A stretch of 64,000 bases of DNA from a virus. The notes beneath the pieces are model-generated. The model saw only the letters and a program-made list of their open reading frames with translations. It searched no databases and was not told where the DNA came from. Both the position numbers and the translations under genes were made by a program. Numbering within the stretch: position 1 is the stretch's first letter; every line of letters starts with the position of its first letter. Of the stretch, positions 9,599 through 18,929 are shown piece after piece. The stretch is from IMG/VR virus record IMGVR_UViG_3300034684_000299, positions 1-64,000 of that record; one strand, written 5' to 3'.

Positions 9599-10586
9599 CT
9601 ATTCCCCAAAGATTATTTTGATTATCAATTACATAAGTCACATCATTATCCACTATTATTCTATTTTTAATAGTATATATATCTGGAGTTGAAACGGATA
9701 ATTCGTTATCACTTTTTTTAAATTTAATATTGTTGAATGTATCAGACATTTCATCTCTTTTAGATATCAATACATCTAATTTAGAATTTTGAGTTGAATA
9801 ATAATTATCGAGGTAAATATCTTCCTCATATACAGGAGCATTGGCTACCGATTCTGAGACTATCTTTATTATAGGAGAAGTAAGATTGTTTATTTTATTT
9901 AATATCAGAAAAAAGTCCTTAGTTAAATCAAGCGACATATTGCTATTAAAAGAACTACTGTTTTCTAAAAAACCAGTATTTGTTAAAGCAGTAGTATCTT
10001 GTAAAACAGTTTTATCTTCAGATAAATTCAATACTTGCGGATCAATAGATTCAGAAGGAGTATAACTATCGTATACATTGAGATACGTACCATATAAAAC
10101 AGCTAATTCGCTTGAAAAACTTGAATTCAAAGAATCAATTAAATAAGTTTTTTCGTTTTTAAAAAATGGACAATTTTCATTACATAGTTCTGTCTTATAA
10201 TATTGAACATTCATAGCACAATACATAGTACCAGTGTTTCCATCATAGATATTGTATATACAATGGGGATAATTTTTGTCATCTTCTACTAATAATCCTT
10301 TAATTATGCCTTCGCCTGTTAGAAATCCATAATTTTCATTTGGTGTTTGTATCCACAATCGCTCATAAAAACTTGAAGGTATTCTAGGATCTTTCAAAGA
10401 AACAACAACGGGAGTATTATCTATTAGTTTTAAAGCTTCTAATCCGACTAAGTTTTTTTCAAAAAAAACCCCAGCGAATTCACCGGGGTCGCTGTTCATC
10501 ATATGAAACTCATCACTAAATTCTTCTATATCTATTTCAACTGTATCCATTGGTACTATGAGTTTATTCAAAGTATTGAAAAACAT
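9579..10586 (-). CDS. Virion protein with Cys/His-rich domain; ends in one truncated RCC1-like blade
   Basis: HCIYNIYD..YCA..CNENCPF shared with protein B; ends VIDNQNNLWGIGDSS. Confidence 0.65.
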   Translation of the reverse strand: MFFNTLNKLIVPMDTVEIDIEEFSDEFHMMNSDPGEFAGVFFEKNLVGLEALKLIDNTPVVVSLKDPRIPSSFYERLWIQTPNENYGFLTGEGIIKGLLVEDDKNYPHCIYNIYDGNTGTMYCAMNVQYYKTELCNENCPFFKNEKTYLIDSLNSSFSSELAVLYGTYLNVYDSYTPSESIDPQVLNLSEDKTVLQDTTALTNTGFLENSSSFNSNMSLDLTKDFFLILNKINNLTSPIIKIVSESVANAPVYEEDIYLDNYYSTQNSKLDVLISKRDEMSDTFNNIKFKKSDNELSVSTPDIYTIKNRIIVDNDVTYVIDNQNNLWGIGDSSKI

Positions 10587-10648
10587 AACAAAATCTGCAG
10601 GTAACTCGCCATTTCAATGGTGAGAGGAATGCAGAACTTCGCCTCCTT

Positions 10649-11941
10649 TTAAGATATTTTGTATCCATAACCGTCATTCCTTTGTAGTAATGTGAGATAT
10701 TTTGGATGTACATTACCGACACCATTTAATAAAAAGCTTGGGCTATGCCGTATTACAATTCTTCCAGTATGGATACCTTTATTTTTCCCTTTTGGTACTT
10801 TTGCTAATACTATATCGCCTGTTTTGTATCCCATATATGTTCGTTCTTTTGGGCGATAACTCTTTGGAAACCCATATTTATCCACAAAACACATTCTACG
10901 CATTCCATGTCCCATTGCTTTAATTTCTAAAACTTTCATATCTGGTTCGAGTTGAACGTTTTGGCCACTTTCTCCAACACAAGCTGCATCTATCCAATGT
11001 TCTTTTGGATACCCTTGTGTTTCACGATTGTATTTTGTCTGTCCTCCAGTTCCTACTTCGATAGGCAATCTTTCTTTCTTTAGTTGGTTAAACAGATACC
11101 AACGTGTTGCGTTGACTGCTGCTGTATCTTTGAGTGGCTTCTTTGATTCTGATTTAATTTGGTTCAGCCTTTCTGGATTATTGGCCAGAAATTCTTCGAT
11201 AGATTGATTACCTTTCTTCTGATTGCATTCGTGGCAAGCTAATGTTAGGTTACTTATTCTGTCACTTCCACCTTTAGATTTTGGTACGATATGTTCTATT
11301 TCTAATGGTATATTCTCTTTACCACAATATACACATTTCCTACCCCATTTCTCAAGGAGATACTCTTTTATTTCGTATCCATACAATGTTCCACGTTGAT
11401 ACTCTATTCCCTTAATTTCTGGATTTTGTAGTTTTTGAGTGTCAAAACGGACTAACTCCATTGAAATACCTGTAATTGGAGAAAAACGTCGAATACGTTT
11501 AATCCATGTGAGTATATTTTCTACACGACTTATAAGACTAGGTGGCAGCCAACCCTCTTTTCTCTTCCTATTCAAGAATCGTGGTTGCCTATATCTTGTC
11601 TTTCTGTTTCTGCGTGAACGTCTTACAGCTCTACGAGTATCTAAATTCTTCTTGATTACATATCCTCGGTGATGAATTACTGATGCCCAAATAACTTTCT
11701 TACCACGTTTAAAATCTGCTACTAAAGCGACTCCAGTATATTTACTGCCAGGATCGATCTTAACCTGTATTGGTTGAGTATCTCCACCTTCACGATCTTT
11801 CAGAATAATTGTGAATGGATGGTATCGAAATACTGCTGCTTTCCCTTTCTTCAATAACTCTCTTGCTCTTGCTGGATGGCAAGGCATTAATTGTTTCTTA
11901 TTCTTATCTAACACAAAAACTCGTTGTGCTGTTTTTCCCAT
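10649..11941 (-). CDS. iscB: IscB RNA-guided endonuclease #2 (RuvC + HNH motifs intact)
   Basis: QLMPCHPARAR, KIDPGS, RRAVRRSRRNRKTRYR, ELVRFD, CVYCG..EIEHIVPKSKGG..NLTLACHECN, HWIDAACVG. Confidence 0.95.
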   Translation of the reverse strand: MGKTAQRVFVLDKNKKQLMPCHPARARELLKKGKAAVFRYHPFTIILKDREGGDTQPIQVKIDPGSKYTGVALVADFKRGKKVIWASVIHHRGYVIKKNLDTRRAVRRSRRNRKTRYRQPRFLNRKRKEGWLPPSLISRVENILTWIKRIRRFSPITGISMELVRFDTQKLQNPEIKGIEYQRGTLYGYEIKEYLLEKWGRKCVYCGKENIPLEIEHIVPKSKGGSDRISNLTLACHECNQKKGNQSIEEFLANNPERLNQIKSESKKPLKDTAAVNATRWYLFNQLKKERLPIEVGTGGQTKYNRETQGYPKEHWIDAACVGESGQNVQLEPDMKVLEIKAMGHGMRRMCFVDKYGFPKSYRPKERTYMGYKTGDIVLAKVPKGKNKGIHTGRIVIRHSPSFLLNGVGNVHPKYLTLLQRNDGYGYKIS

Positions 11942-12187
11942 GGAAGTTACCTTCCTCTCCTTTTCGGGTTAAAGTGAGCCTCGCCAATGTTATTCTAGCT
12001 TTTTACGTTCAACACACTGGTTTCAACCCCGTATACCTGTTTAATGTTGAACGACAGGGCTTGGAACTGGCTCCAGTATTCCAAGGTGTCATGACCAGAA
12101 TAACGTAGCCCGATAGCTTTTCAGCCCTGGCTGAGGCTGGTCAACTCCGAGGCTTCAAGCCTCCGTCTTTAGACGGGGGTTGTTGAC
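11942..12187 (-). ncRNA. omegaRNA scaffold of IscB #2
   Basis: GTCAACAACCC, GTTGACCAGCC, CTACGTTAT, ATTAAACAGG, AACATTGGCGAGG. Confidence 0.85.
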
Positions 12188-15100
12188 TATCTAAACCTTC
12201 CGCCAATGTATTTTAATAAATTTTCTGTAGGTATCTCCGTTAAGATCACCAAATCATCTAACAACAAATATCCTTGTGTATTGTTTCCTAGTTTCAATGA
12301 ATGTGCCACATCAGGAGGTAAACTTATTGTCTCATAACTTAATGTATGAGGATGCAAAAATTGAACGTTATCAGCGTTGATTTTCAACACTATATTCTGG
12401 AAATTGAGTGTATTTAATTTTATAAATTCTTCTTTACTACTCAAAATTAAGTTTCCATCTATGTCTACTTCCAATATCTTTTGCCCATCTATAGTTATCA
12501 AATCTGATATAGCAGATATATCTTTTTCTAACAAATTAGCTGTTGGGAAATCAACGTCATCGTTTGGATCGTCGTATTCTAATATAATAGATAAACCTCT
12601 CATCTGTTGGATAGTGAGTTGATAATTGAAGAACATGAATTCTGATAACAATTCTGTTAAAGTAGACCAAGCAGGAGTAGCTAAATCAAATACATTTCCT
12701 CCATAAGCTATTAATTCAGTACCATTCAATGTCATTGTATTTCCTACATTGTTTAAAAACGCTGCTATAGATGTTTCACCATCTAATACCGTATAAATAT
12801 TGTTCATAGTAGGATCATAATATAAACCTATAGACCTTACTTTATAATGATTATCAAATTCAAATGGATGTGCGTTTTCAGAAAAACTTGCTACACCACT
12901 TAATTCAGTTTGTACATAACATTTAAAACCAGTACTAGTTGAATTGAATTTGATCTTATCGGATAAACTAAACAATGTATATTCTGTAGTATCCGTAGTT
13001 TTATGATAAGTACCTGTATTGGCAAAAATAGTGAATGTGTTTGCAGTTCCTAATTCATTGACAGCAAATTTTACATTGTGTAGATTAGCTCTTATTAATT
13101 CTGTACTCCCTTTGTAAGGGAAAGAAAGTACATTTATACCATCTTTGTAATAATTGTAGGATACTTTAGGATTGACATAGACTTTAGGAGATTTGGTTAA
13201 ATCCAATGTATATGCCGCGTCATATTGTATAGTAAAAAATAATTCAGTATTGGCTGAAGCAAATACAAATGGACTGTTTGGATGGTTCAAATTCACTAAC
13301 CATTTTGCATATTTTTTATCTGGATCGTAAGCTAAAAGAATAACGTCCAATGTATTATCGTCTCTAACAAACTTTATATTGTTTATATCTCTTGTTGCCA
13401 AAACTGTTTGATCCCAGTTCACAGCAGTTATTTCAACAGGTACCCAAAACTCTCCAGTATCACCATGTCTATCTTGAAGAAATCTTAGTTTGTATATTTG
13501 TCTATCTCCACCTAAACCAGTACCAACAAAATCTAATATCATTGTAGAACTTACTGGAACCTCATCAACATTCAAAATATTGTTATCTATTCTTACTCCT
13601 TTTTGATCGTATATAGGAGCTAAAGCTGTGCTTGCTGTAAATAACGAGTTTTCACTGGTTAAAGAATGTTCAAATTTAAATCTATCAGAAGTATCGGTAT
13701 TTAAAAAGGTTATACTGTTTGTTTCGTCGCTGAGATATTTTAATGAATTATACCCTGTATTCAAAACAGCGTTTGGTACATAGATCTTTGTTTCATCAAA
13801 CCATTTTACTACTTTAGCAGATATATTTGTTCCATTTAAACTCATTAGAATGGAACGTTCAGTATCGTTAAATCCTTGCATAGTATGTAAACTATTTATA
13901 TTCAAAAGCATATCAACGGTTGCTGTACTATCGGTTTCATTGTAAATAGACCAACTGATATCGTTATAATTTTTAAACTCTCTGACTATCTTTATGCTAT
14001 CTGTTTGTACACCTTGATTCTCAATTACTTGTCCATCTTTAACAAATACCACTTCATTATACAGTTTTGCTATATTAGGATTCAAAGTTAATTCTTCTAA
14101 TGTATCTATATATCCATTAGTGAGAAAATCTGTTACCATCGAGTATGGTACATGTATTTCTACTATATTGTTAATAACCTCTCTGGTTATCTCAGTAGTA
14201 GAATCAAAATAAATTATTGAGTCATAGAGAATTGTAAAATAGCCATTACTAGTAGAAGAATAATATCTATTTTGTAAATTTACTTGTTTGCTTAATAATC
14301 CATCAGTACGATCATATCTTGCTTTTACCAATGAATTGTTTAGATTTAAATAAAAACTATATACACCCCCCGAACCATAAAACCCTAATGATGTATATAC
14401 AGTTACAAGGCAATTATAAACATTACGCGTTCCCACTAGTCGGGGAGTAGTAAGTCCAGTATGCACAATAACCGTATTAGGGATCAAAGCATACAAATTC
14501 GTCGGTAAAGTATTTAAATCAGGTTGAATATATTTTCCCGGCAACATAATAACATTAGGACCAACAGTATTTGCTTTTGATATAGTCTTGAATGGTTTTT
14601 CGATTGTTCCATCTCCGTAAGTATCATCACCATCAAATCCATCTACATATACAATAGTTCCTTCCCATGTTGACCTTATCTCAGGATCTATATCTAAATT
14701 AGGAATATAAACAGCTTTAGTGTTTTTTGGTGCAAAATAATTTTCTGCATAATAAGGATTGTCTAATTCATCTTTTACATATACTTCATCAGCTGCTCCT
14801 TTATCAATACTTTGTATTTTAATAGGTTCTTGTAAAATAATAGGTTCAGATTCTATAGTATAATTACCTTCATATACGCTATGAGCAAAATATAAATTCA
14901 GTGTATAATCAGTACCTTGTTTATTTTTTCCAACAAAATAAACGGTGTTATTTAAAACATTCAATATATACATATCATCAAATGTAAAATCTGAAGTCAA
15001 TATAGTATTACTATCAATGTCCCCTTTAATAACTGTACTTAATGCTTCTTTTTGCCCATTTTCTATTGCCACAACTTGAACATCAGTCTCTTCAAATAAA

Positions 15101-16284
15101 TATTTTGGCACTGTTATATTAGGTAAGATTTTATAACCATCTGCTGTAATCCTAACATATTTAAGCTTATTTTCCGCAACTGCTAATAGCAAATCAATGT
15201 TATTTCCATCATTATTAGCATATCTTATTGTAGAACCTTCGATAATTGATGTTGCAGTATAATTTATAGCAACTCCCGATATACTTCCTGTTATAGAAGA
15301 ATTGTTTATTGTAACTGAATTTGAAGCGTCTAATGTTATAGTTTTACCATTTATAACGTTGTATGGAAATCTAGCAAATACTGCTTGTGAAGAAGAATAA
15401 GTAAAATTTGGAACGAATGAAATACTCAAACCATTAGGATACCAGTTTTGCATTAGCGAATCATATTCATATATTAAATAATTATCCTCGGCATAAAATT
15501 TTGAACTATCCCCAGCTATATTATTTGAAAAAGAAGATATTAAATCTGTATACGTTTTTGACATTGGGTCATAAATAAAACTTCTTGTTTTGTCTATTAT
15601 CATTATTTCAGTATCTGTGTTAGCTATTATTGGATCGTCATAAACGTTATCTTCGGAAGTCCAAGAAACAGGAATAATTTCTGAAGAATTAATAAATAAT
15701 TGATAAGCAATTGGTTTAGGTAAATTATTATTATCGTAATAAATGTTAGGATCATTATATATTTCTTTTTCTTTTGTTACTGATAATTCCATTCCTCCAA
15801 TTTCATTTGAATTCAAAGCTATACTATCATCAAACACTAATTCTATGGTTTGGGTTTTAAAAGGTATTTCAAATATCAATGCTGATACGCCATTTTTTAA
15901 AATACCATCCACTAATACTCTAGCATTACTTCCCCATTGAAAGTAAGTTTGGGCTGAAGTATTGGGAATTGCAGTGTCTAAATACATATAATCAATGTAC
16001 AATCCATTGCTGGTGGGAACGTCAAAAAAAGCTCCAGGCAAATTTGTTATTGTATCAGTTCTTATATATCGCGTTATAAAATCTGTTCTGTTGTAAAAAA
16101 TAGGTACACCATCAGCCAGAACATTTTTTAAGTGAGGATAAACCAAATCTGATATCATTATCTTAGCAAAACCAGATAAAAATGTATTTGGTAAATTATA
16201 CTTTACTATTTGATCAGCTATTGTTCTTGAGTTTACAGCAATTGTTTTATATGGATGAACGTATGGTAAGTGTTTGATTTGCAT
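12187..16284 (-). CDS. Large tail/adhesin-like virion protein (1365 aa)
   Basis: YVDGFDGDDTYGDGTIEKPFKTISKA (motif found at start of beta-helix domains); beta-rich, possibly LamG-like C-terminal region. Confidence 0.6.
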   Translation of the reverse strand: MQIKHLPYVHPYKTIAVNSRTIADQIVKYNLPNTFLSGFAKIMISDLVYPHLKNVLADGVPIFYNRTDFITRYIRTDTITNLPGAFFDVPTSNGLYIDYMYLDTAIPNTSAQTYFQWGSNARVLVDGILKNGVSALIFEIPFKTQTIELVFDDSIALNSNEIGGMELSVTKEKEIYNDPNIYYDNNNLPKPIAYQLFINSSEIIPVSWTSEDNVYDDPIIANTDTEIMIIDKTRSFIYDPMSKTYTDLISSFSNNIAGDSSKFYAEDNYLIYEYDSLMQNWYPNGLSISFVPNFTYSSSQAVFARFPYNVINGKTITLDASNSVTINNSSITGSISGVAINYTATSIIEGSTIRYANNDGNNIDLLLAVAENKLKYVRITADGYKILPNITVPKYLFEETDVQVVAIENGQKEALSTVIKGDIDSNTILTSDFTFDDMYILNVLNNTVYFVGKNKQGTDYTLNLYFAHSVYEGNYTIESEPIILQEPIKIQSIDKGAADEVYVKDELDNPYYAENYFAPKNTKAVYIPNLDIDPEIRSTWEGTIVYVDGFDGDDTYGDGTIEKPFKTISKANTVGPNVIMLPGKYIQPDLNTLPTNLYALIPNTVIVHTGLTTPRLVGTRNVYNCLVTVYTSLGFYGSGGVYSFYLNLNNSLVKARYDRTDGLLSKQVNLQNRYYSSTSNGYFTILYDSIIYFDSTTEITREVINNIVEIHVPYSMVTDFLTNGYIDTLEELTLNPNIAKLYNEVVFVKDGQVIENQGVQTDSIKIVREFKNYNDISWSIYNETDSTATVDMLLNINSLHTMQGFNDTERSILMSLNGTNISAKVVKWFDETKIYVPNAVLNTGYNSLKYLSDETNSITFLNTDTSDRFKFEHSLTSENSLFTASTALAPIYDQKGVRIDNNILNVDEVPVSSTMILDFVGTGLGGDRQIYKLRFLQDRHGDTGEFWVPVEITAVNWDQTVLATRDINNIKFVRDDNTLDVILLAYDPDKKYAKWLVNLNHPNSPFVFASANTELFFTIQYDAAYTLDLTKSPKVYVNPKVSYNYYKDGINVLSFPYKGSTELIRANLHNVKFAVNELGTANTFTIFANTGTYHKTTDTTEYTLFSLSDKIKFNSTSTGFKCYVQTELSGVASFSENAHPFEFDNHYKVRSIGLYYDPTMNNIYTVLDGETSIAAFLNNVGNTMTLNGTELIAYGGNVFDLATPAWSTLTELLSEFMFFNYQLTIQQMRGLSIILEYDDPNDDVDFPTANLLEKDISAISDLITIDGQKILEVDIDGNLILSSKEEFIKLNTLNFQNIVLKINADNVQFLHPHTLSYETISLPPDVAHSLKLGNNTQGYLLLDDLVILTEIPTENLLKYIGGRFR

Positions 16285-16324
16285 TTAATCGTGGCTTTAT
16301 TTGATACAGCCACTGCACCTCCTT
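16285..16324 (-). promoter_or_regulatory. SD-hairpin-AUG translation initiation site (gene 12187-16284)
   Basis: AAGGAGGT at 16317-16324, stem GTGGCT/AGCCAC 16291-16313, ATG 16284. Confidence 0.6.
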
Positions 16325-16333
16325 CGAAAAGAA

Positions 16334-16561
16334 TCAAAGCAAATTGTCTAGATTTTGAGAAACTTTTTTAAGATCTTCTATTGTAACAGAAAAATCTTTC
16401 AATGCCTCTGTCCCATATTTAGAAATAATATGATTGTAAGCTATTTGTTTATCTTTGGCTGTAGAAGAATCAAAATCACTTATATAGGTTTTAATAGTAT
16501 CATTTAAAATTTTTAATCTGCTTTTGGCATTCATCAAAAAATCAATTTCACTTTCTCTCAT
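16334..16561 (-). CDS. Hypothetical protein (75 aa)
   Basis: ORF with SD AAGGAGGT. Confidence 0.7.
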   Translation of the reverse strand: MRESEIDFLMNAKSRLKILNDTIKTYISDFDSSTAKDKQIAYNHIISKYGTEALKDFSVTIEDLKKVSQNLDNLL

Positions 16562-16573
16562 TTAATTACCTCC

Positions 16574-17548
16574 TTAAATTATTCTAGGTGTATAGGTTTT
16601 CCCTTCTTCTTTTTTATAGATCATCATCGCTGGTTTGGTTGCTGATGAAATTAAATATTCTCCATTCCACAAACCAAATGTCTTTGTATTTCTTATAGGC
16701 GGTATAGCTACAAAAATTTTGTCTAGAGGTGTATCCGAAACTATATAAAAATCGCTGACAACGTCTATAAGTTGGTTTATACCAGGCTCTACTGGAAACA
16801 CACCTTCCTCAGATATAATTTCCATATTAATTGGCCTTTTGTCTACTATAATCCCTACTGTTTGTGAGGCTCTATTGACAGGTCCATAAACGTACGGAGT
16901 ACTTATTGTAGTAGGGAATGGTAATGTTACATTGTTAAGCAATGAAAGTCTGGCTAGATATGGTTCCAATTCCAAAACAGCCCTTTCAAACTTTGTTTTT
17001 GCTGGTGTAATTAATTTTTTGTTTCCTTCAATAACAAACGCCCAAGCAGACCTATCGTTTGGATTGAAATAACCTTCTAAATCATACAATGTTTTATCGG
17101 TATTATTCTTTATACTTATTTGTATAGTATCACCGGTTTCATCGTTGAACATAATTTCATTGATTACTACATCGTCAGGGGTTTCGAATTGAACCATATC
17201 AGGATTAGCAAAAACATGTAAATCTGTTATTGTAATAGTTCCTGTAAGTTGTTTTGAAATTCTGATACCTTGTGATACCATATCTGTTGTTATTTTTAAT
17301 ACATTTCCAGTTTCATATGTAAAAATATTGTTGGTTATTTCCAACCAGTTATTGGGGCCAACATAATTTTCTATTTTTAATTCTTCGTTTTTATCAGTAG
17401 TTAAATCTATAGAAGATATATAATAAGTGCTATCCCAATATACTTCAATAGCATCAGATTGAGACAAAGTAACTGGAAAAGTCAATATGCTTTTTGTATT
17501 AAATATTATCTTATATTTTACATGTTCTAAATTAAGAATATCATACAT
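16574..17548 (-). CDS. Putative virion structural protein (324 aa)
   Basis: SD GGAGG; ISIKNNTDKTLYDL resembles a segment of the neighbouring 211-aa protein. Confidence 0.6.
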   Translation of the reverse strand: MYDILNLEHVKYKIIFNTKSILTFPVTLSQSDAIEVYWDSTYYISSIDLTTDKNEELKIENYVGPNNWLEITNNIFTYETGNVLKITTDMVSQGIRISKQLTGTITITDLHVFANPDMVQFETPDDVVINEIMFNDETGDTIQISIKNNTDKTLYDLEGYFNPNDRSAWAFVIEGNKKLITPAKTKFERAVLELEPYLARLSLLNNVTLPFPTTISTPYVYGPVNRASQTVGIIVDKRPINMEIISEEGVFPVEPGINQLIDVVSDFYIVSDTPLDKIFVAIPPIRNTKTFGLWNGEYLISSATKPAMMIYKKEEGKTYTPRII

Positions 17549-17563
17549 TTTTTATATGCCTCC

Positions 17564-17599
17564 AAATATTGTGTTGCCTTTAGCTTAATGGTAGTTGAC
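17564..17599 (-). mobile_element. 36-bp scar of an IS200/IS605 (IscB-type) element
   Basis: GTCAACTACCattaaGCTAAAG vs element #3 left end GTCAACTACCcaacgGCTAAAG; removal restores TGA-AGGAGG-..ATG. Confidence 0.65.
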
Positions 17600-17600
17600 T

Positions 17601-18236
17601 TCAGTTAGGCATCCCATAAACAACAGCCAACACCATTTCTCCGGGACCTCCGGCAGACAATAAATTAGAATAAGTTATTTCTCTTTTAACCCAAATAGCA
17701 ATTGTATCCCCTGGGTCTAATATTGCTGCTTCTCTTAATGGATTTATAAAAATGGCACTATTATATCCCAAAGGATTTTGCCATTGCCCTGTAATATAAT
17801 TAGTAAGTAATGCAGTATCAGGTGCGGTTTTTTCATTTGGTATGGTAGAGGCAGGATTATTTATTGTATCTCTATCATCCATATTTTTCTGATTTTCCAC
17901 TGCTATTCCCCAAACTTCTGGAGCATTTTCTGATTGTTCTATCCATATACGTATATCATATAAAGATTTAGTAGAGGTATTTTTTAAAAAAACTTTAGCA
18001 TATTGAGTATCCATCGGATTCAAAACAGGGTCTAAATTAATTACTTTAAACAGATTATTTAAACTTTGCCCCGTTGTTGTATCTAATCCCAATGCACCAC
18101 CTACTACTCCATCTTCACGTGGAGTGTATGGTGTATATTGAGCAATAAAAATATCACAAGCTTCATTTGTTTCATAAAAAGATGGTACAGTGCTAGGTAT
18201 TAACGGCATATTATTGATTTCACCTCTCAAAGCCAA
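17601..18236 (-). CDS. Putative virion structural protein (probable start ATG 18209)
   Basis: KVFLKN...DTIAIWVKREIT; SD GAGGTGA before MPL. Confidence 0.6.
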   Translation of the reverse strand: MALRGEINNMPLIPSTVPSFYETNEACDIFIAQYTPYTPREDGVVGGALGLDTTTGQSLNNLFKVINLDPVLNPMDTQYAKVFLKNTSTKSLYDIRIWIEQSENAPEVWGIAVENQKNMDDRDTINNPASTIPNEKTAPDTALLTNYITGQWQNPLGYNSAIFINPLREAAILDPGDTIAIWVKREITYSNLLSAGGPGEMVLAVVYGMPN

Positions 18237-18855
18237 CGAGTTTAAAACCTAATTCAAACTTGTTGTTTAAATAAGTTTCTGCGGGTGTTGTGATTTCACG
18301 TTTAATCCATATAGCTACTTCATCGTTGTATTCCATACCTTCAGATATAACTATTGGGTTGTTTGGATCAATCGGATGCATAAAATTATATTGAGTCAAA
18401 TTATTCTGTAAATATACTAACCCGTCATTATTTTGTGCTAATGCTATATAAATAATATCATAAGGCGATGGTGTTTCTAGGTTTATAAAACATTGCAATC
18501 TATACAATATAAAATTAGGATCTATGAACTTTATCCATAGTTTTTTGTAATCTATTAATTTACCAGTTAAACTTAATTTATATCCTTTAACCGATTTCAA
18601 GAAATTTTCAAACCCATAATGCGATACTACTTTTTCATAATTAATAGTTCCATCGTTTGCAGATATAATATCTCCTGCTGTAACGCTTTGCCCTGCCGAA
18701 ACAGCTAATCCTTCAGATATAGTTACCCAATCATATCCACCATTGTCATATACAATTTGATAACCATCCTCATAGGTGTCTATTCTATCTATAAACCCTG
18801 TAAAAGATGCTTTTACAGGTTCAGTAGCTTGGTAAAATGCTAATTGTTCGGGCAT
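18220..18855 (-). CDS. Putative virion structural protein, paralog of adjacent gene
   Basis: DEVAIWIKREIT vs DTIAIWVKREIT. Confidence 0.6.
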   Translation of the reverse strand: MPEQLAFYQATEPVKASFTGFIDRIDTYEDGYQIVYDNGGYDWVTISEGLAVSAGQSVTAGDIISANDGTINYEKVVSHYGFENFLKSVKGYKLSLTGKLIDYKKLWIKFIDPNFILYRLQCFINLETPSPYDIIYIALAQNNDGLVYLQNNLTQYNFMHPIDPNNPIVISEGMEYNDEVAIWIKREITTPAETYLNNKFELGFKLVGFER

Positions 18856-18929
18856 TAAATTTTCACAAATTCTTACGCAAGGAAGCCACTGGCTTTAGCC
18901 ACGTGGAGGAATTGCGTATTTTAAACACG

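Larger units (their letters stand above)
10587..12187 (-). mobile_element. IS200/IS605-family IscB element #2 (non-autonomous)
   Basis: Left end GTCAAC 12182-12187 with hairpin CCGTCTAAAGACGG; right-end hairpin CCATTGAAATGG; boundary inferred from empty-site reconstruction. Confidence 0.85.
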
